Below are positions 51,201 through 63,000 of a stretch of 64,000 nt of DNA, in pieces (positions within the stretch are counted from its first letter, which is position 1; every line of letters starts with the position of its first letter). The stretch is from positions 1-64,000 of the forward strand of contig DF237298.1 in the NCBI GenBank assembly GCA_000708835.1. Reading direction: 5' to 3'. A program made the position numbers and the translations under genes. The notes below the pieces were generated by a model. The model was given only the letters and a program-made list of their open reading frames with translations, had not been told where the DNA came from and did no database searches. The stretch is from Klebsormidium nitens (lineage: Eukaryota; Plantae; Klebsormidiophyceae).

Positions 51201-54200
51201 CATGGTTCGTGACGGTTTTCCTGTATCTGCATCTGTGGGATAGGCGTTTGTTCCTGTGGACGCTTTTCGTTCCAGGCTTTTAGCCTAAGAGACTCCATCG
51301 TCCCTTCAATTTACTGCTCGGCGAATCTCCGCATGTAGAGCACAGTATAGTCGTCTAGCACTTGGTACTCTCTTCGTTCTTTGCACACCCAAACTTAGGC
51401 GCTCAGTGACTCCCCATGCTGTGCTAGACGTGTCCTTCCGTTTACGAAGGACGCCGCCAGGTGTGCTGCCTTATGAGCATTCAAGGTACAATCTACTTCA
51501 CTGCAATGATTGCATCCAGAGTAGATGGTCGTTTTTGCAAGACAATACTTTTCTCACCCTAAGATTCCTCCACCGTTTCTTCTGCTCAGAACCCCCAGAA
51601 CCCGTCCCAGAACCGGGGCTTCCTCTTCATCGACTTTTACAACCACGCCGCGGCAGAACACTCGCGGAGAAAGATGATCCGGCAGGACTTCCGGCTGGGG
51701 GGCCGGCAAGTGACCATCTCGTGGGCCGAGGCCAAGAGCTCCGAAACGTCTGCAAGCGAGCTTGCTCAGGTGCGGGCCGATCTTCCCTTTCGTCTCCAAG
51801 TTCTGGGTTTTGGGCTCGTAGCACTGTTCTTTCTCGGGTTTTCAAAGCTGGCCAACGGCGCGCATGCTGATCCGAGTCTGGAGGTTCCCGTTCTAAAAGC
51901 ATTATCCTCAGGGTATTTCCTGAGTGTATCCCCCTGTCTTGAAAGCCACCTGACGATCGCCCTTACTCTGCCAGCTGTTCTTACCCGTCTCTCTGTTCAT
52001 CTTATTTTAAAAGTTCGTGTGGGCATGTGGGCCTGGTGTAAGTCGTGAGGACGCTCACGTTGCCTTGCTGCTCATCTTAGCCTTTGCTGACTCATCATTG
52101 TTACGTGCTGGTTAACGTTCTCCATTGGGAAACCACTTCTTAGTCCTTGCTCAATTACAACACAAAGGCCGTTGCAAGTCGCTTCAATCCTCACCCATTC
52201 TCGTCCTTTTCCCCCTAGTCTCGTCCTTTCCCCCTAGTTTATCTTGAAGAGCCTCTCCGTGCTGTTATCTTGATTTTCCGCGTCTTTCTCTCCTTCCCTG
52301 TTGCTGCTAACACATCTGCGTAACCCGCGGTTTGAGGCGCTGTACTTGACGGGTCTACCCGAGTCCGCCACCGACGAGAAGCTACGCGAGCTTTTTATTA
52401 AGTACGGCGACCTGTCACCTTACGTGAAAAGCATAACCCATGCTTTCTTCCTCGCCATCTCTGCTAACCCACCTGCATAACCCGCAGGTTAAGGTGCTGT
52501 ACGTGAAGGGCCTGCCCGAGTCCGCAACCGACGAGAAGCTGCGCGAGCTGTTTGTCAAGTACGGCGAAATTGAGCGCGCCGTCATCCCGCCGCCCAAGCC
52601 CGGCCAGCCGCCGCGCAACTTCGGGTTCGTGCACTTTGTGGACCGGAAGGCTGCAATCGCGGCCATGGAGAAGGACCAGAAGCACGAGATGGAAGGTGGG
52701 AATTGCAAGTTTGATGTTTGTTCTATTTTCAGAGTTTGAGGACAGACTGGTGTTCAATAACTCAAGGGCTTCGATGTTTGGCTGTTTTTTTGTTTCTGAG
52801 TAAGTTAGAGGGTCCAAGGTTTCTGGAAGCAGCCAGTGGGAAAAGACCAGAAGCACGAGATGGAAGGTGGGCATTGCAGGGCTTCAGTAGCATGAGCTTT
52901 GGCGTTTGAAGAGTATGTTTGTCTGTTGGATTCAGGGCCTTTTGATTTCTGAGTGCATCTCAGGTAATTTCTCACCAGAGGGCTCCTGGTTTTTGAAGGT
53001 AGCAATGGAGAAGGTCACGACGCACGAGATGAAAAGATTGAGTTGTGTTTTTGGCGTTCGAATTGGGTGAGGCTTCTGACCAATAGAACCCACAGCTTCA
53101 GCACGTTTACGAGACACTGCATGAGTACCGTTCAAGGATATGTAAGCAGCAAACAGGCGAAACAAATTCTTTGCAGGTAACGAGTTGGAGGTTAGCCTCG
53201 CCCGGCCGCCCCCGGAGCGGCAGCCGAGGGCCTCGCAGGGTGCGCAAATGGCTACCGCTTTTGCGGGTATAAGCTATCAGCAGCCGTACGGGGGCTATGT
53301 GGCGCCCGCCAGGGGGGCGAACGCTTATGGGGCGTACGGGACCGCTTATAGCGGCGGCAGCAGCAGGAGGGGTGGGCAGACGCAAGTGCAGGTGGGAGAA
53401 GCGGTTCACTCGTTTTCGGGTGGTAATCTAGCTATGATTTCATAATGCGGGCTTCCTCAGGTCGATTGCAGAACTTGACCTTTTTGTGGCGTCTTGGGTG
53501 AATTAGACTTCTAAGGAAAGTGAATTCTTTAGAAGTCTGTTATTCGCTGCGGAGGCCGTGCTTATGAAAGGCGCAAATACGCTTTTATCATTTTGGGGCT
53601 CTGGAGGCTGGTGGAATGCTCGTGACAAGCGGTTACTCTTACTTGTTGCTTAGTTCGTGCTGTGCTCGATCAGGTCGCCTGCTCTGATTTTCCAGACGTG
53701 GCCGTCGCAGTCTGGCATTCCAAACAGCTCAGCAGTCAGGATGCGGGGAATGAGAAAGTTTTGAGGCCAGAAATGGGGACGAGCGCCTTCAAAGAACGCA
53801 GAAAATTACGCAACCAGATTGATTCCACCGTCCATGATGATTGTTTTTCGCATGCAGCCGGCGATGCCGTTCATCCAGGCCCCCGCCGGGATGACTATGG
53901 TCCCTATGCAGCTTCCGGACGGCCAAGTGGGCTACATTCTGTGAGTCTCGTCCGCAAGACTTCTTCTCTTCTGACACCTGTCATCAGCCTGCATAATCTC
54001 CGCAAGCTGCTACAGAGCACACGCGGCCGGACAAAATGGTGTCTCGCTTACGAGCAGGATCGTGCTTGTCTGTCTTGTCGATGATGCTCCCGACTGCAAA
54101 CTGGGCGATTCCGGAGACTTATCGCCGTCAAAAGCGGCCAAGAAACTGTCTAGTCTTGCTGGGTCTTCGAACGGTTGTCCAAAAAGTGGTCGCCCTCATG

Positions 54201-54809
54201 TTGTAAACACGTTGTCATCTTGCTTCTTCGGCGGCCGCTCTGTTGCAAACCTCTTAAAGTTCCCATGGCGCCACATTATTCAACAATACCACCTCTGAGC
54301 GATTTTGACGCTGAGGCGGTGATTGTGAACCGAAGAGTTTTGCAGCCGGGTTGATTTTGTCGGTTTTAGCTGTAGTCTAAGCGGTCCATTTCGTGGCCCC
54401 CGGACTCAGCTCTAACGCTTTGAACGATTGCGCATAAGGGGCTGGACTGGTGCACTTCAAAAATAGTTGGCGCATGTGAATCGTCTCATAGCTGCTGATG
54501 ATGAGCCAGGGTTTCCGAGCTGCTGCAATAGAGGCTAAAGAGTGGCCACGTGGTCACATAAAGTGGTTCCTTTCGTGCAGCGCTTCTATGGTGGCTGTGT
54601 ACTGGAGAGATGCTCCGCTGAGGCTTCTCCTAACTCTCGATTCATGCAAGCCGCTGCTTATATAGGCTTCGTTGCTTTTTTGCAGACAACAAGCGGGCGG
54701 TGCTGGAGCGGGTACAGGTCCAGTTCGAGGGGGGAGGCAGGCGTCCTCCTCCTACGGGTCAACGTCGGGATCGGGACAGAGCGGCAGGCGCTTTCATCCG
54801 TACAATTGA
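48285..54809 (+). CDS. hnRNP R/Q-type RNA-binding protein (LIF2/SYNCRIP-like; acidic N-terminus plus 3 RRMs), 9 exons: 48285-48612, 49312-49550, 50265-50381, 50922-51062, 51590-51769, 52488-52695, 53177-53391, 53858-53940, 54686-54809
   Basis: LPPHGTEVFVGGIP; RGFAFVTY; SKHRLFVGGIP; NRGFLFIDFYNHAAAEHSRRKM...VTISWAE; VKVLYVKGLP...RNFGFVHF...LEVSLARP; the plant-conserved MVPMQLPDGQVGYILQQ; and a C-terminal RRFHPY (PY-NLS-like). Confidence 0.93.
50568..50620. repeat. Two perfect palindromes, ACGTGCCGGCACGT (14 bp) and TACGTGCCGGCACGTA (16 bp), in hnRNP intron 3
   Basis: Directly visible at 50568-50581 and 50605-50620. Confidence 0.85.
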
Positions 54810-56783
54810 GCAGTGACTTACAAGACTCTCCATGCGATTGTTATGAGTCTTGCTTCTCTAAAGTTGGCTTGCCTGATGTCCGCGGTTGATCCGGTGAAGT
54901 CAGCGACTCAAATGATTGTTCTGCGGTCAGACTACAAGCGTTTGTTGGTGGCTCATGTGTGGTGTTTGTTGAGTGACATTCTTTGCATGTCAACAAGTTA
55001 TGAAGGCTCGCAAATGATGCCACGGGTCCTCCTGAAAATCTGGAGCAAAAAGTTTGCATGGCGAACTTATATAGGCTGTTGACGGCCGTATACTGCTGAG
55101 TATGTTGATCTCCCTGCCAGGCTGGTCCGACGGAAACGTGTTCAAAGATTTAGTACTATCTGGCATTCGTATATGCTTGTCCCTACGGGCTCCATCCGAC
55201 CGTGCAGCTAAATTAACAGCATTCAAATGAGCGGTGCAAACATGCACATCAACCCGAAGCCTGCACTACGAGCTTAGGCCCAAACCGCGGTTTGTACTAA
55301 GCCAAGTGTATTTCCTACATGAGCAGCTCAAGTCTCCGTACGTATAATGGCAGGGGCCGGCGCTGCATGACCTCTATGCATGAGCTAGGTCCCCGACACT
55401 CTTCATAAATGTTTTTGCAAAGATATGAACCAGGTTCTCAACTGTACGAAGTTGTTTATGTTCGCAGCCGGCCGTGGCTTGCAGGCTCATGCAATATATC
55501 ATCTCTTGCGCGCTTGAATTAAAGCTGATATTGCAATTTTGAAGGCCAGCCAGGGTCTTTAGTTAAGAAGAAGCAACCATCACAACGTGCACCATGGTGC
55601 CAGTCGGCTCTTCTTGAAAGTCGTGTTTTTCGATCAAGCTTGCGCGCGTGATCCGATCTACTTAAAAGATGAGCTAGCTAGTAGGCCCGTCGATCGCTTG
55701 GTCCTTGCCGCAAGGAGTCAATCCGTTGCGCTGCTTAATGAACCTAGTTACTATAAGCGCCGACCATCACTGTCTTCGTTTCACGAAATTAAAGAAAAAC
55801 AACGCGCAGATCGTTACACCGGCCAACCCAAACGTTTCTTATTAGCATGGGATGAACCGAGACAGATCGTGGCCGACCCATATTTTGTGTACGTACGCAT
55901 GTGCATGATGCAACGTAACGCTTAATTGTCTGCATGCCTGGCATGATGAGGTCGTATGCCTAGCTTACACTAAGTGGGACTTCTGAGGGCGGCAACGCAG
56001 TCCCCCGCAAAAGCCGGCTGCAACGCAACAAACCTAAAATGATCATTCGGAGCTGCCGGCCGGGTGCGCCGTAGTCATCCAACGACTGGTCCATCCAATC
56101 CGTCCTGATAAAGATAAGTATGTTCCTAGCTGCAAGTTGATCACGAGTTCCGGGTTTCAGCGCGCTGTTACTAAGTTTGAGCGCCTTGAATCCTCACTCT
56201 GCTCGAGTTCTCCAGCTATGCTACATAATCAAGTCCTTAACTTACATGAATTAGAGTCTAGATCAAACCAAAGATCAAGGTCCCAGTCACGAAATACTGT
56301 GTGACAACTCAATTCACCATCTACAATCTCCGTTCGAGTCAGATTCCTTTTATTACCTGACGTCGGCTTTGCTGCGCGGGGGGATCTGACTACTTGCTAC
56401 ATGCATGCATCCAAAGTCAATGATGATCTAGCTAGCTGAACCATATCCAACTCCCAGGGTTCTGGAAACCAGATGGAATGCATCTCGATCGGTCACCGGA
56501 TCTAAGCTGCCCGCCTCTATCCAGTCGCCGCATATGCAACTAACCGCCTCGCAATTGTCAAATGATGCGCCCTTTGGCTGCATACCGCACCCTAAACCGT
56601 GTACCTGAGTGAGCCAAGTACTGCTGTCCTAGTGTGCGCGAACTCTGTCATACGCTGGCGCCTCTTCGTTGTATAGCCCCGTAACTCCGCAATTCCGTCC
56701 TACTTCGTTTGTTCTGTCCGTTGCTAATCCGTTAGTAAGTCCCCTTCCCAGATTTCCCTCTGCCAGAAAATTTGCGGACTCGG

Positions 56784-56976
56784 CCAATGGGCGGCTTTTG
56801 GGCCAGCTAGATGGCCCTTAATCAAGCCCAAAGAGACCCGGGTTAAGCTTCCCAAACCCATACTCTGCCGGTCAACTCAACCAACATCGTCTCCTCAACT
56901 CGCACGCAGGCCGGACCATCATTTTACAAGATACAGGCCCGGCTCTGCCCCCTGTCCAAAATTTGGCCAAACCCTA
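56784..56976. promoter_or_regulatory. Promoter-like motif cluster (CCAAT, site II TGGGCC/AGCCCA, telo-box AAACCCTA) just downstream of the histidine kinase stop
   Basis: CCAAT at 56784, TGGGCC at 56799, AGCCCA at 56825 and AAACCCTA at 56969. No associated ORF was identified. Confidence 0.3.
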
Positions 56977-57012
56977 CCGGGGCACTCTATAGCTATGCGG
57001 GCACCTGCATAC

Positions 57013-60000
57013 TTATATGGACAACATCTTCTGCAGGGTCTGCGTCACGGGGTCCGCGGGGGTCTCGACGGCGTCCTCCTTCTTGCTCAGGATGCCCATC
57101 TCCAGCAGGGCTGACGTCAGCTCCGCGAACGTGAAGGGTTTGGTGACGACCGCGCTGAAACCCACTTTCTTGTAGTGCTCGATCTGGTGCGGCATCGCGT
57201 CGCCCGTGCACGCGACCGCCTTCAGCGGGTGCTCCTTCTGCAGGACGGCGGCCAGGGCGGTGTCGCCGTTCATCTCGGGCATCTGCAGGGGTTAAGGGCA
57301 GGGTTTAGGGTCTCATTTTCGGGTTTAGAGTACGTGGTTTAGATGCTCGGGCGACCGCCTTCAGCGGGTGCTCTTTCTGCAGAACGGCGGCCAGGGGGGT
57401 GTCGCCGTTCATCTCGGGCATCTGCAGAGTCTAGGTTCCTTCTTAGAATGACGGTAGGGTATCTGCAATGTAAATAACAAGTGTTTGAACTTTCAGCTTC
57501 GTGAGCTATGGTTGGAAATTGCAAAGCATCGTGAGCTGGGGTTTGAAATTGCAAAGCTCGTGTTGTCGGGCGACAGCTTTAACCGATATTCTTCTCGATT
57601 TAGCAGACCATGCCGGTTGGGACGTCCAGTACTGTCGTTTGTCTTGGGCAACTCGTTCGGAAGGGCACAGAGCTGGGATCCGGGAATTGGTGCTGCGCCT
57701 TCAAATGACATTCTGATTATGGCGCACTTTCACTGAAACGGGTAATTCAAGCAAGCATCGGGCGAAGAAAGGAGCTAAATCGTAAGGGTGCTCTCGGACC
57801 CCTCTCTTCCGGTCGCATTCCGTTCCGCTCACCTGGATGTCCAGGATTAGCAGGTCGAACGGATCGCCGCCGCACTCCTTCACGACGTCCGCTCCGTTCC
57901 CGACCACCACGGGCGTGATCCCCAGGCGCATCAGCATCGCTTTCAGCGTCATCTGCAGGACCGGGTTATCCTCCGCCACCAGAACCCGCAGGTCGTCTGA
58001 CGTCAGCACCAGGTCCTCGGGCTTGGGGGCGGGCTCCCGGTGGATCTCCACGTGGGGGGGCCCACTGGTGATCTCCCGCGGCATTTCCGGCATCAACAGC
58101 TGGGGGATCCCCCCGTCTCCCCGGGGGGAGTCGTTGCGTCCGACCACAGAGCGGCGCTTCGCCTTGACGGGGGGGTCGATGACGGGCAGAGTGAACCAGA
58201 AGGTGGACCCCTGTTTCGGTTTCGAGTCGACGCCCATCTTGCCCCCCATGCGCTTCACCAAACTCTTGCTAATGCACAGCCCGAGTCCGGTCGTTCCGGC
58301 GGTCGACGGCCGGAACGTCGCCAGCTGCTCGTACTTCCCGAACAGCTTCCGCTGATCCGTTTCCGAGATCCCGAGCCCAGTGTCCTTCACCGAGAACATG
58401 ATCTGGCCCTTGGTGGGCTGGGTAACGGTGATCGTTACCGAGCCCTTGTACGTGAACTTGATCGCGTTCGACGTCAGGTTCCCCAGGATCTGACGCACCC
58501 TGACGTTGTCGCCCCACAGAACCGCCGCGACGCTGTCCTCAAGCTTGCTCGTAATGATGAGCGACTCGCGCGTGCGGCGGGTCATGCCGGGGAGGGCCTC
58601 CTTCGAGAGGAGATCCTTAGCGTACAGCCTGTGCGAAACAGTAGGGAAGAGGCTTTAGGACAGCTCCAAAAGGTACGATTAGATCCAAGTGAATCGAAAC
58701 AGATTGAAGGTAATCGGATGGGCCTCCTTGGAGAGGAGGCCTTTGGCGTACCGCCTGCGTGAAACAGTAGGAAGACGCTTAGAACAGCTCCAATTGTTTT
58801 GATTCAGAGCCTCATTTGATTCAAGAAGGATGGAAACCGGATGGGCCTCCTTAAGAAAGGAGGTCCTTAGCGGACAGCCTGCGCGAAACAGTAAGAAGAG
58901 TCTTCAGAAATCAGGACAGCTCCAAAAAAATCGATTCAGAGCCGCCTTTGAATCAAGACGAGGAAGCGAATGGGGCTCCTTTGAAAGCTTTGGGTGTAGC
59001 CTGCGCAAAAGTGCTGGGGGAAGTTTCGAAAGAGCTCAAGTGGTCCAGTCAAGAGCAGTGCTCATCGAGCGCCAGGAGCAAGGAACCGGGTTCTCTCCTT
59101 GTAGACGGGATCCTTAGCGTACAGCTTGTGCGAGAGTGGAGGAAGATGCCTAAGAAAGCTCCAATTGGCCCAAGGTAGAGCGGGTATCTCCCAAGACAAC
59201 TTCAGAAGCAAGAATCCGGGGTGGCAACCATAAGAACTAGAGCGACAACGTGATCGGCACCCCGATATGGCGTCTCCAACAGGGCACACCAGGCGAAGAA
59301 TCTAAATCACCGGTAAGTCGGAACCGTGTTAGCGAGCAGCTCCACAAGCTCGATGAGCTCCACTTCGAGGTGATACCGCGCAGCGCTAATTTACATAGCA
59401 AGCGCTGAAAATGAACGCAAACTGAGCTGGGTATTCGAATCAAGCGAAAGAACTAGAGCGAGCACTCACCGGTACGCAGACACCGGGCTGTCGAGCAGCT
59501 CCAGGAGCTTAATAAGCTCCAATGTGAGGTGACCAACATGAGAACCCAAGAGAAGCAGAGCCAGAACTACAAGCCAAAGTGGGCCTTCACACCAGATAAA
59601 GAACTAGAGCGACGCGCTCACCGGTACGCCGAGACCGTGCTGTCGAGCAGCTCCAGGAGCTCGATGGGCTCCACTTTGAGGTGATACATTCTGAGAGCCA
59701 AAACTGAAAAGTCTTGAGCCGGAATTACAAATCAACGTGGGCGTTCACACCAGATGACGTACTAGAGCGACGCACTCACCGGTAGGCCGAGACCGTGCTG
59801 TCGAGCAGCTCCGGGAGGTCGATGGGCTCCACTTTGAGGTCGACCTTGCCTTCCTCGATCTTGGACAGGTCCAGCACGTCGTCAACGATCCGCTTCATGA
59901 TGACGCACTGCGTCAGGATCGTCCCGGTACAGTCCACCGGGTTGGTCGAGCCCTGGCTGGCCAGCACCATCTCCGTGAGCCCGGTGATCGCGCACAGCGG

Positions 60001-63000
60001 GTTGCGCAGCTCGTGGCACACGAAGCCCAGGAACTCCAGCAGGTTGCCGCGCTCGCGCTCCAGGGCCTTGACCGTCTTTAGTTCGGCCGTAACCGCCCTC
60101 TGCAGGGGTAGAGAAAAGCGGGTTTAAGAACTGATTTGGTTCGTTCCACTCGATCTACAGGTTGAAAAGCGTGGGCTTGGAAATAGATTGCCGCGCTCGC
60201 GCTCCAGGGCTTTGACCGTCTTTAGTTCGGCCGTAACCGCCCTCTGCGAAGGTTAAAACCGAAGTGGGTTAGGAACCCGGAGTGGTTTAGCGACTTAATT
60301 AATCGCAGAATAAGTTTTGCATTGCCGCGCTCGCGCTCCAGGGCCTTGACCGTCTTCAGCTCGGCGGTGACCGCCCTCTGCAGAGGTAGAGAAAAGCGGG
60401 TTTAAAAACTGATCTGGGTCACTCAACTCAATCTGGACTAGAAGTGCGCGGACTTATGATCAGGTTGCTGCGCTTGCGCTCAAGGGGCTTGACCGCCCAT
60501 GGATCAGCCGTAGCCGCCCTCTGCAATTGCGGAAGCCGAAGTAAGTAGGAACTCGAAGCACGCTTCTCTTGAACCTTCACATCGCTTCCTCCGGATCAGT
60601 TGAAGGCCAGTCTACGCGTGATCAGCCAGACCAGATCAAAGGCAAAGCCACCTAGGGCGGCCTCGACCGACTTTCTCCTGCACCTTTACGTTCCTTACTC
60701 AACGCCAATCTACGCTAAAGTAACCAAACCAGGTTGGCCGCAGTCGCCTCGGCCGACTTCTCCTGCACCGTCAAACCGTTTCATCAAGTACGAGGTTAAA
60801 GCCGCTCTATGCCGGAGTTAGTAGACCGGGTTATCCACAAACCCACCCTGGGTCGCCTCGACCGACTTCTCCTGCAGCCTCAAATTGCACTCAGATGCAA
60901 AATGAAGGTCGGTTAACGCTGAAGAGCTCAACGATCAACACCGGGTTATCTGCAAACCCACCTGGGTCGCCTCGACCGACTTCTCCTGCAGCTTGAGCAG
61001 GCGCGCCATGTCCTCCGCCTGGCTCTGCCGCATGCCCTTCAACTCGCTCTCCATACGGTCCCGCAACCGCTTCGCGCCCGCGATGCTCTCGCGCCGCAGG
61101 GCGTCCATCGCGTCCGCGTGCTCCTACAAGATAGCCCGATGAAGATGTTAAGTACGTACTGATTTTGGGTTGGGCTAAGGCCACCCTGAGTCAGGGCAAT
61201 GTAAGAGAAACGGGTGGGGTAGGTCCGAGAGTTTCGGTAGGGGACGGGTGCCGAGCCCATCAATTTTGCATCTAGGGATTTGATTTGATTGTGAGCCTCA
61301 ATCTGTGACATGAAGCACCCCTCTGTGTCTTGACCGCTTTTCATTCAAGACGTTAAAAGTTGGTGTGGAATCTCGTTACTTTTGGGGCTTCGAAAGTCCC
61401 TCATCCAGCGAGGGTGCTGCCCTACTCTCGCTCGCACTTCTCTCGGGGCTTATATTCAAAACGGAATACCCCACCGACTTACCTTCCGAAGCGCGGACAG
61501 CACTCGCTTGTGCGAGTCGACGACCATCTTGATCCGCATCATGCTGTTGGTCTGCTTGGCGCCCTCCTCCTCCTCGATCTTGTCCGCCAGCTCCTTCCGC
61601 TGCTTCCTCTCCTCCTCCGTGCCGGAGCCGGAGTTGGAGTCCTCGCCGTAGCCCTCCGTTCCGTTGCCGTGCTCCGGCGGGTGGCGTCCCATGTCGCCGT
61701 CGGCGGAAACGCTGGGCGTGGTGGTGCTCGCGGGGTCCGTGGAGACCGACGGGTCGAACTCCGACATGAAGTCGACGAAGTCGTCCTCCAGCTGCGCGAA
61801 TGCGGGCAAATCAAGAGCGTTATTCTAGCCGCACGATCGCAGGAGAAGCGCCACGTGTCAAGTCGGACACTTCCTTCAGCTGCATGCTTTCATAACAGAC
61901 CACAACGTATCCAAGAGCGTCCTTCCGGCTGCACTGTCAGAGGCAAACCGCCACGTGTGGACTCAGCATGAGATATCTACTTCCACAGCTGCATGAACTG
62001 CGGGAAACTTGCCACGTTTTCGGGACAGCGGCGCAACTGGGAAGGGAGAACGAGGTTTGAACAGCGCTCGGCAAGGCCTGCTGTTCTCAAGGAGTTGACC
62101 GGTGCATTTTGGGTACCAGGGTGGCAATCAGAGAGCACGTACGAGAGTTCTCCGCATTGAATGAAAACCCAACAAGAGGGCCGCTGCAAACTTTGCTGCA
62201 ACTTACAAGGACCAGACATCTCTTGAGCTGGTGACTATTAGAGTCACGGAAACGAACGGTTCAGAACAACTGACAATCCAACGGTTCGACCATCCGTACT
62301 TACCTTGAAGTATTCAGTGTAGCATTCCTTTAGGTATCTTTCTGAGTCTGCTTGCGCACAAATCTGCTCAAGCCCATTGTGACGGCCTCACCTGGTTGTT
62401 CCACGCGCGGCGCTTGACCTCAATCTCCTTCTGGAAGCGCGCGCGCAGCTTCTTGGCCGTGCGCTTCTGCTTGCGCGTCACCGTCTCCGCGTCCATCTCG
62501 AAGCCCGCCGCGCGCCGCGTGCGCGTGTACTGCTGCATGTCCGAGTCCAGGCTGTGCTTCAGCTTCATCAGCTCCAGCTCGTGCTCCGCCTGCAGCTTCT
62601 GCACCGCCGCCAGGTGCCCCGCCTCTAGTTTCATCGCGTCGTGCACGCACTTCTGCTCGTACTCGAAGCTCTTGGCCGTCTGCTTCTGGTTCACGAGCTG
62701 CCGCTCGCGCAGCTGGTCCCCTTGTTTCGCGTGCGTGACCCTCATATGTTCAATCTCCAGCGCGTGCGCCTTGATCAGGATCGCCTTGGCCTCGGTGGGG
62801 ATGCTCTTGAGCCGCATGTTGACGGACATCTCCGCGTTGGAGATCGTGCGTTCCTGCCACTGGACGAGCTCCTGCCCCTCGCGTGTGTGCCGCTCTTCCT
62901 TCTGCTCGAGCCGCTTGTTGAACGCGTCGCGGTTGCGCTGCAGCTTCAGCGCCTGCTGGAGCGCCAGCGTGTGCGCCGCCTGCAGCTGCTCGAACTTGGC

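Noticed and set aside
5475-61971. The many 60-300 aa ORFs antisense to or overlapping real exons (e.g. 45276-46166, 58040-58762, 62396-63043, 25303-26181)
   Set aside because: These are shadow ORFs from GC-rich codon usage or intron read-through, with no independent motifs.
62303-62362. 60-nt open segment ending in AAG|GTAAGT as an extra histidine kinase exon
   Set aside because: It would need a 28-nt upstream intron. The flanking exons already join in phase without it.
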